A DNA stretch of 52,570 nt from Pseudomonadota bacterium (GTDB lineage Bacteria; Pseudomonadota; Alphaproteobacteria; Rhodospirillales; 2-02-FULL-58-16). A model generated the notes under the pieces. It ran no database searches. It was not told where the DNA came from and worked only from the letters and a program-made list of their open reading frames with translations. Of this stretch, positions 19,571 through 26,103 are shown piece by piece. The position numbers and the translations under genes were made by a program. The first letter of the stretch is position 1. Each line of letters starts with the position of its first letter. Location of the stretch: the NCBI GenBank assembly GCA_022545455.1, contig JACZQZ010000003.1:1-52570 (forward strand), read 5' to 3'.

Positions 19571-19840
19571 CTAGTGGCCTTTATCAGCTAAATTGCGCCC
19601 CTACGACGGCGTTGCGAGGTTTCCGGCTAGGAGCGCGTCGCGCCTTGGTGTGCGTGCACCACAAGCGGCGCGCGACGACGTCCGGAAGCCTCGCAACGCC
19701 GCCCTTCGGGTCGCTTTTCCCGTCCCCTCGGGGCGTCGGGAAGGCTTGCCGATGGGCCGCCATCGCCCGCGCCTCCCCTCCTGCCGAGGAAACGGGAAAA
19801 GCGATCGTAGGGGTGCACTTTAGCTGATACAGGCCACTAG
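19571..19840 (+). repeat. 270-bp four-way-junction element downstream of rpoH
   Basis: 36-bp TIRs ctagtggcctttatcagctaaattgcgcccctacga / tcgtaggggtgcactttagctgatacaggccactag; arm 1, cccttcggg, arm 2. Confidence 0.93.
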
Positions 19841-19844
19841 CCAC

Positions 19845-19885
19845 TTGACTCAGGTCAAGGACTCCAGCCGCCAATTCGATAAGAT
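19845..19885 (+). promoter_or_regulatory. FNR/FixK-type box with class II promoter geometry
   Basis: Palindrome TTGAC-TCAG-GTCAA (19845-19858); TAAGAT -10-like hexamer at 19880-19885. Confidence 0.65.
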
Positions 19886-19891
19886 TCGAGC

Positions 19892-19994
19892 CACTCGGGG
19901 GTCAATCCCAAATACCCGGTTCTCCGGGTTCATTACCCTCTAAACGTCATGTTTCCCTGTAAATCTCGCGGGGCCTTAGGCCCCGCTTTTTTTT
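19892..19994 (+). ncRNA. Candidate small regulatory RNA (~100 nt)
   Basis: ORF-free stretch between the FNR-type promoter and an intrinsic terminator; hairpin cccgg-tttct-ccggg; C/U-rich single-stranded segments. Confidence 0.55.
19968..19994 (+). terminator. Rho-independent terminator
   Basis: gcggggcc-tta-ggccccgc followed by T8. Confidence 0.85.
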
Positions 19995-20018
19995 GTCATG
20001 ACGGGTCGTGAAAAGCCG

Positions 20019-20190
20019 TCACAGGTAGCTCTCGGGCTCGATTTCCCGGAGCAGGCGCTTGACATCCGGCACCTGCACGGAACGGCCGGAAAAATAGGCG
20101 ACGCCGTCCTCTTCCAGTTGCTTGATGGCACGGGACATGGTTTCCGGGCGGATGCCGATCATGGCCGCCAAATCCTGCCGCGCCAGGCAA
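20019..20190 (-). pseudogene. C-terminal HTH remnant of a Crp/Fnr-family regulator
   Basis: LARQDLAAMIGIRPETMSRAIKQLEEDG Crp-type HTH; no room for the sensory domain upstream. Confidence 0.75.
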
Positions 20191-20393
20191 CGATCCGCGC
20201 GAATGAGCTGCGTGCCGCCGGTCACGTCGAGGAATATGACCTATGGATGTCCAAATTCAGCGAGGTGAAATCCCTGCTGGATGAGGGGCCGAAAAAGCGG
20301 TAAAGCGCCCGGCGTGCACATCACGGCTGGACGAACGGCCGGTATTGGGGTTTATTCGGGTTCTCTTTGAACCTGCAAGGGGGGGGAACCACC

Positions 20394-20669
20394 ATGAACA
20401 AACAGGATGTCGTCGCGGCCGTGGCCAGAAGTTCCGGCATCAGCAAGGCCAGCGCCGACGATGCGGTCGACGCGATTTTCAGCGCCATCACCGACGCTCT
20501 TAAAAACGGCGAGGATGTTCGGCTGGTAGGGTTCGGTACCTTTTCCACCCGCCAGCGAGCGGCCCGTCAGGGCCGAAATCCCCGCACCGGTGAAACGATC
20601 CAGATTCCGGCCTCCATACAGCCCAAGTTCAAGGCCGGTCGGCCCCTCAAGGATGCGGTGAACGGGTAG
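20394..20669 (+). CDS. hup: DNA-binding protein HU
   Basis: MNKQDVV, V.LVGFGTF, R.AR.GRNPRTGE.I.IPAS..PKFKAG..LKDAVN. Confidence 0.96.
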   Translation: MNKQDVVAAVARSSGISKASADDAVDAIFSAITDALKNGEDVRLVGFGTFSTRQRAARQGRNPRTGETIQIPASIQPKFKAGRPLKDAVNG

Positions 20670-20769
20670 GGCCGTTCGTCGATTCCCGTGAAGGCGCTGC
20701 GGCCGTCCGTTGGGGCGGTTGCAGGGCCTGGTGCCGCAACGGTGTAAGTCCTGTGGGGGAAATCCCCGC

Positions 20770-22032
20770 GTGAAACGAGCGGTTCTGGTCGTCTGCGACG
20801 GCCTGCGCGCCGACATGGTGACGCCCGGGTTGACTCCCAACTTGGCGCGTCTGGCCGGCCGGTCGCGGGTCTTCGCCAGCCACCGCAGCGTGTTCCCGTC
20901 GACGACGCGGACCACGTCGGCCTCGATTGCCACCGGATGCCTGCCGGGCCGGCACGGACTCGAAGGCAACTGCGTGGCCCTGGACGAAGGGGACGGCCTG
21001 TTCGCCATCTCGGCCGGGCGGCCGGATTTCCGTGACCGCCTGCGCGCCGCCACGGGCCGCACGCTGCTGGTCCCGACCCTGGCGGAACGTCTGCGGGACC
21101 ACGGCGGCGCCGTCATTTTTTCCAACGTGTCGGCCGGCGCCGCCTATTTCCAGGACCCGGACGGATACGGCGTCGTCTATCACCGGCAGGGCTCGTTCGG
21201 ACCCGGTCTCGAACGTTTGCCCGGGGACCTACACCTGGACGTCACCCATGACGCCGCCGGCGATACGGCGATGACCGGGCGCTTCTGCGACGACGCCCTC
21301 GGCCGCCGCCCCGCCCTCGCGGTGCTGTGGCAATGCGAGCCGGACCACACCCAGCATGCCCGGCCGCTGGGGTCGCCCGAGCATCTGGACGCCGTCGCCG
21401 CGGCCGACGCCAACGCGGCCACGGTGGCCCGCACGGTCGCCGAGCTGGAGGCGCAAGGCGACGATGTCCTGCTCCTGGTCGCGTCCGATCACGGCCATGA
21501 AACCGTGGACGGGATCGTTCCCCTGGAGACCCTGCTTATCGACGCCGGGCTGAAGGATGGCGACGGATCGTCCGACGTGGTCGTCGCCTCCAACGGCATG
21601 AGCGCCGCCATCTATCTTTCGGACGCGGCACGGACGCGCGGCGGCGCCATCGTGCGGTTCCTCGAGGGGCAGGACTGGATCGGCGAGGTCTTCGCCGGCC
21701 CCGCCCTGGCCGAGGTCGGTCACCGCACGGACACGCCGCTCGCCATCGCCCTGACGACGCGCAAGTCCGATGCGCCCAACGCCCACGGCGTGTCCGGCCT
21801 GAGCCATGCCATCGCCGATCCCCTGTCCGACGAGACCCACATGGGCTGCGGCCAGCACGGCGGCCTCGGGCCGTACGAGCAGCACCCGTTCCTGTTCATC
21901 GGCGGCGGCGGCTTCGCGGCGGGGACGCGGTGCGAATCGCCAAGCTCTGCGGTGGACATCGCGCCCACGATACTCCGCCATCTCGGCCTGCCGTTCGACG
22001 GCATGGACGGCGCGCCCCTGTCCCGGGGATGA
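20770..22032 (+). CDS. Alkaline phosphatase superfamily (nucleotide pyrophosphatase/phosphodiesterase-type) protein
   Basis: VCDGLRAD, VFPSTT...ASIATG..PGRHG, EPDHTQH, SDHGH, GQHGG, VDIAPTIL. Confidence 0.88.
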   Translation: MKRAVLVVCDGLRADMVTPGLTPNLARLAGRSRVFASHRSVFPSTTRTTSASIATGCLPGRHGLEGNCVALDEGDGLFAISAGRPDFRDRLRAATGRTLLVPTLAERLRDHGGAVIFSNVSAGAAYFQDPDGYGVVYHRQGSFGPGLERLPGDLHLDVTHDAAGDTAMTGRFCDDALGRRPALAVLWQCEPDHTQHARPLGSPEHLDAVAAADANAATVARTVAELEAQGDDVLLLVASDHGHETVDGIVPLETLLIDAGLKDGDGSSDVVVASNGMSAAIYLSDAARTRGGAIVRFLEGQDWIGEVFAGPALAEVGHRTDTPLAIALTTRKSDAPNAHGVSGLSHAIADPLSDETHMGCGQHGGLGPYEQHPFLFIGGGGFAAGTRCESPSSAVDIAPTILRHLGLPFDGMDGAPLSRG

Positions 22033-22276
22033 ACGCCGGCGCCACTTGGCAAACACGACGAAGCACGAATGCCAACCGCCGGGCCAGCCTCTTGGGCGCA
22101 CCCCGCGGCCCTCCATCCGGCGGGACCGGCCCGCCGAGCCGTGACCGTCGGACCGGGACCCGGAAATTCAAAATTTCCGCAGTTCCAGCGGCGCCTTTTG
22201 CCGCCCCTTCGTGCTACTGTGGTGAAAACCGGCCCGCCGCCGGGGGAAAAGCCCGTCGCCCACAGGAGGAATCGCC

Positions 22277-23164
22277 GTGGCCCAGATCAACATCATGTTC
22301 ACCCGCTTCTCGGCCTTCTATAGCCCGCTGATCGTTGCCATCGCCGGGGGTTTCCTGAAGGCCGAAGGGTTGGAGCCGACCCACGCGGTGGCCCCCCCCG
22401 GGACCTCGGCGATCAAGGGCCTCGCCGACGGATCGGCCCACGTGGTCCAGTCGGCGCCGTCCAACAGTTTCGCCGCCCTGGAAAAAGGCGAGACACCGCC
22501 GGCCGTCCACTTCGCCCAGATCAACGAACGGGATGGGTTCTTTTTAACCGCCCGCGAGGCGGACCCCAACTTCACCTGGGACAAGCTGGCCGGCAAAAAG
22601 GTCCTCGTCGACCACGGCGGCCAGCCCCTGGCCATGTTCAAGTACGCCCTGCACCGGAGGGGCGTGGCGTACGACAGCATCGAGGCGATCGACGCCGGCA
22701 CCGTGGACGCCATCGACAAGGCCTTCCGTTCGGGCCAGGGGGACTACGTTCACCAGCAGGGCCCGGCGCCCCAACAGTTGCAACGCGACGGTTCCGGCCA
22801 TGTGGTCGCCTCCATCGGCGAGGCCATCGGCCCCGTCGCCTTCAGCAGCCTGGCCGCGTCCCCGGAATGGCTGCGGACCGACATGGCGAAGGCCTTCGTG
22901 CGCGCCTATGCCAAGGCCCGGCACTACGTCAACGACACGCCCGCGACCGAGATCGCCCGCGCCGAGGCGGCCTACTTCCCCGACGTCGACCAGGACGTTC
23001 TCGCCGCCACCATCACGGCGTACCAGGGCCTCGGCTGCTGGAACCCGGCGCTGCCCATAACCGCGGACGCTTTCGAGGTGACCCTGGACGTCTTCCAGCA
23101 CTGCGGCCTGATTACCAAGCGCCACGCCCACGAGGACGTCGTCGCGCCGCCCCCGGAGGCCTAG
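22277..23164 (+). CDS. NMT1/THI5/SsuA-like substrate-binding protein
   Basis: FYSPL.VA...GF...EGLE, RDGFFL..R....F.W..L.GK; AGGAG RBS; no signal peptide evident. Confidence 0.75.
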   Translation: MAQINIMFTRFSAFYSPLIVAIAGGFLKAEGLEPTHAVAPPGTSAIKGLADGSAHVVQSAPSNSFAALEKGETPPAVHFAQINERDGFFLTAREADPNFTWDKLAGKKVLVDHGGQPLAMFKYALHRRGVAYDSIEAIDAGTVDAIDKAFRSGQGDYVHQQGPAPQQLQRDGSGHVVASIGEAIGPVAFSSLAASPEWLRTDMAKAFVRAYAKARHYVNDTPATEIARAEAAYFPDVDQDVLAATITAYQGLGCWNPALPITADAFEVTLDVFQHCGLITKRHAHEDVVAPPPEA

Positions 23165-23197
23165 TAAGGCGGGGACCTCACAGGGGCGGCCAGCGCC

Positions 23198-24406
23198 ATG
23201 ACGTCCGACACCCCCCGGCACGGCGTGGGGCGCGGAAGCGCGTGGAAGCTGAGCATCATCACCCTCGCCCATGTGGTGGGCACGGCGAACATCGTCTCGG
23301 TGCTCGCCATGGCGCCGGTGATCCAGCGCGACCTCGACCTCAGCGTGACCCAGTTCGGCCTGCTGGTGACCGCGTATAACGGCGCCCAGGCCGCGGGCGC
23401 CCTTCCGGCCGGCGGCCTGGTCGACCGCCTGGGCGTCGGGTGGGTCCTTGTGATGGCCCTTGTCATCGTCGCGGCGGCGACGGCCATGCTCGGCCAGGCG
23501 ACGGATTTCACGTTCGCCCTGGGCTCGGTGGCGGTCATGGGGCTTGGCTATTCCCTGGTCAATCCGGCCACCGCCAGGGGGGTGCTGGAGTGGTTCCCGC
23601 CCGAGCGGCGGGCGACGGCCATGGGAGTCAAGCAGACCGGCGTCCCCCTGGGCGGCATTCTGGCCGCCGGGAACGGCGCCCTGGCCGCGTTCGTGGGCTG
23701 GCAGAGCATCCTCGGGATGGTCGCCGGGGCGACGGCCCTCGGCGCCGTGCTGTGTCTGTGGCTGGCCGAGCGCCCCCAACGCCAGGCCGCCGGAAGCACC
23801 CCCGGCGCCCTGGCCGGCCTGCGCCGGGTCATGGGGGACTGGAACCTCGGCCGCTTCGTCGCCATGAACGGGCTGTACAACATGGGCCAGGCCAATTTCT
23901 TCGCCTACCTGACCCTGTTCATGCGCCAGGCGGCCCAGGCCAGCCAGCCCGTCGCCGGCCTGTGCCTGGGCATCGCCCAGGCCTCCAGCGCCGTGGCGCG
24001 TATCGGCTGGGGCGTCGTCAGCGACACCTTCTTCCGCGGCCGCCGCAAGGTCCTGGTGGTCGTCCTCGGCGCCCTGGCGACGGTCTTCCTGGCGGCGATG
24101 GCGGCCGTGGGGCCGGGCTGGGGCGTGGTGCTCGGCGCCGCCCTCGCCCTGGCACTCGGCGCAACCATCGGCTCGTACGCCGGGCTGTCGCAGACCATGG
24201 CGGTGGAAGCCACCGAGCCGCGCCTGGCCGGCTCGGCCATGGGCTACACCATGATCGGCACCTCCCTCGGCGGCATGATCGGCCCGCCGGTGTTCGGCGC
24301 CATCGTCGATTTGAGCGGCGATTACGCCAACGGCTGGCTGTTTTCCGCCGCCGTGCTGGCGGCCGGGACGCTCCTCCTTGGCCTCGGCTTCAAGGAACGG
24401 CGGTGA
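23198..24406 (+). CDS. MFS transporter
   Basis: About 12 TM segments, G.LVDRLG motif A, WFP..RRATAMG, ARIGWG.VSD. Confidence 0.9.
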   Translation: MTSDTPRHGVGRGSAWKLSIITLAHVVGTANIVSVLAMAPVIQRDLDLSVTQFGLLVTAYNGAQAAGALPAGGLVDRLGVGWVLVMALVIVAAATAMLGQATDFTFALGSVAVMGLGYSLVNPATARGVLEWFPPERRATAMGVKQTGVPLGGILAAGNGALAAFVGWQSILGMVAGATALGAVLCLWLAERPQRQAAGSTPGALAGLRRVMGDWNLGRFVAMNGLYNMGQANFFAYLTLFMRQAAQASQPVAGLCLGIAQASSAVARIGWGVVSDTFFRGRRKVLVVVLGALATVFLAAMAAVGPGWGVVLGAALALALGATIGSYAGLSQTMAVEATEPRLAGSAMGYTMIGTSLGGMIGPPVFGAIVDLSGDYANGWLFSAAVLAAGTLLLGLGFKERR

Positions 24407-24469
24407 CGCCGCCGGCCGCCCCAGGTCGTGTCCCTCATAAACGAGAGTTGGGTCAGCGGCGGGGCGCCG

Positions 24470-24555
24470 ATGTCGGCTTTAGAGCCAACACCGGACGTTC
24501 AGTAGACCCGTGCTGGATGTCCGCTCATAGCCACAAGCGGACATATAGCCACAAG
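24470..24555. repeat. Pair of ATGTC(C/G)GCT..(A/C)(G/C)CGGAC REP-like hairpins
   Basis: atgtcggct-ttagagccaac-accggacgt and atgtccgct-catagccaca-agcggacat; the segment atagccacaag is repeated at 24545. Confidence 0.65.
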
Positions 24556-24616
24556 GGTTAGAAGTCCGAAATTTTCCGAAATCGGCTTACCAAAATCCCC
24601 CTAGATTCGGGTCGAT

Positions 24617-24855
24617 TCATCTTAAGGGACATCGCCGGCGCCCTGTTTTCGGGTTATCCGTGTCGTTACCCGAAGGCTTCAAGGGCGCCTATCCTTCCCG
24701 ACAGGGCGGCACTATCCCGATGCGCCGTTGTCATGTCATCTTAAGGGACATCACCGGCGCCCTTTTTTTCGGGTTATCCGTGGTGTTTCCCGAAGGCGTC
24801 AGGGGCGCCTATCCTTCCGGATAGGGGGGCACTATCCCGATGCGCCATTGCCTTG
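24617..24855. repeat. Tandem ~119-bp structured direct repeat (2 copies)
   Basis: tcatcttaagggacatc.ccggcgccct..ttcgggttatccgtg...cccgaaggc.tca.gggcgcctatccttcc.ga.aggg.ggcactatcccgatgcgcc starting at 24617 and 24736. Confidence 0.9.
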
Positions 24856-25041
24856 GTGCCCGCCGTAGTTGATATTTCCCGTAACAGATTCTATTGCAAA
24901 TCAGGGGAATTCCGGGCGCCCGTCGGACGGCATGCATTGTCAGCCGACCGGCGAGTCCATCGGGGAAACGTCGGCTGAAGTGCCGTTGATCCGATCGTGG
25001 GTGATCGGATTCTTGTAAAATTGATGAAAAGGAGCACGCAC

Positions 25042-26028
25042 ATGCGTGGCAAAACAAAGGCCGTCGTGGTGGCGTCTTTCGGGGCGGTTCTCGTGGCATC
25101 TCTCGTGACCATTGGACATGCACAAGAGCTTCGCGTCGCGGCCGCATCCGGGATGACGTTTGAGCACGTGATGAACATCGGGACCAAGGGCACCGGCCCG
25201 GGACAGTTCAAGTATGTCGAGGATTTCGCCCTCTCCGCGGACGGCCACCTACTGGCGACGGATGCCGCCCACGCCTACGTTCAGGTGTTCGACAAGACCA
25301 CCGGCAAGTATATTAGCCGTTTTGGCGGCAAGGGCGACGACGACCATAATCTCGACAAGCCCGAGGGCATCGCCGTGGCCCCGAACGGCCACATCTACGT
25401 CGCCGATTACAACACCGGCTACGTGAAGGTCTATGACAAGAACTACAAATGGGTCAAGACGTTCAGCGATTACGGCACAGAGCCGGGCGAGAACATCAAG
25501 TCCGAGTTCATGGACATCTACAAGGGCCGGCTCTATATGCCCGAGGCCGGCAACCATCGTGTCAACATCTTCGATCTCGACGGCAAATTCGTCGCGCTCT
25601 TCGGCGACGGTGGCAACACCGGCCCGGACGACGCCGAGGGCCTGCTGAACAACCCGGAAGCGGCCAAGGTCAGCAGCGAAGGCAAAATCTACGTCAGCGA
25701 CCTGAAGAACGACCGGGTTCAGGTCTTCGACTTAAATGGCAAGTTCCTGTTCGGTTGGGGCAAGACCGGCTCTGGCCCGGGTGAGTTCAAGGCGCCGGCC
25801 GGATTGGCGATCGACAAGAACGACAACATCTACATCGCCGAGATCGGCAACAATCGAGTCCAAGTCTTCGACAAGAAGGGCAACTTCATCACCATGTGGG
25901 GCACCAAGGGCGCCGGCGACGGCCAGTTTGGCAACGCCCACGGGATCTTCGTCGACAAGGACAGCGGTTGGGTCTACGTGGCCGACACCGCGAACAACCG
26001 CATCCAGGTGTTCAAGCCGGTCAGCTAA
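25042..26028 (+). CDS. Exported NHL-repeat beta-propeller protein
   Basis: AAGGAG RBS, signal peptide, six repeats of G.G.GQF..P.G.A.D....YVAD..N.RVQVFD. Confidence 0.9.
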   Translation: MRGKTKAVVVASFGAVLVASLVTIGHAQELRVAAASGMTFEHVMNIGTKGTGPGQFKYVEDFALSADGHLLATDAAHAYVQVFDKTTGKYISRFGGKGDDDHNLDKPEGIAVAPNGHIYVADYNTGYVKVYDKNYKWVKTFSDYGTEPGENIKSEFMDIYKGRLYMPEAGNHRVNIFDLDGKFVALFGDGGNTGPDDAEGLLNNPEAAKVSSEGKIYVSDLKNDRVQVFDLNGKFLFGWGKTGSGPGEFKAPAGLAIDKNDNIYIAEIGNNRVQVFDKKGNFITMWGTKGAGDGQFGNAHGIFVDKDSGWVYVADTANNRIQVFKPVS

Positions 26029-26103
26029 AAAAACCGGCCCATCCAACGCGATGGCGGCCGGTCGGGCGCAGACCTCCGGCCGGCCCCATCACGGGGCCTC
26101 GCA

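Noticed and set aside
3612-19840. The 36-bp repeats as CRISPR repeats
   Set aside because: They are inverted pairs, differ between loci and are kilobases apart; there is no repeat-spacer array and no cas gene
19860-19995. Possible tRNA
   Set aside because: No cloverleaf, no T-loop in a proper stem and no acceptor stem; better explained as an sRNA plus terminator
24617-24855. Assignment to a known riboswitch or ribozyme (c-di-GMP, Moco, cobalamin, guanidine, HDV-like)
   Set aside because: I could not find the diagnostic conserved nucleotides of those classes on either strand; left as an unassigned candidate
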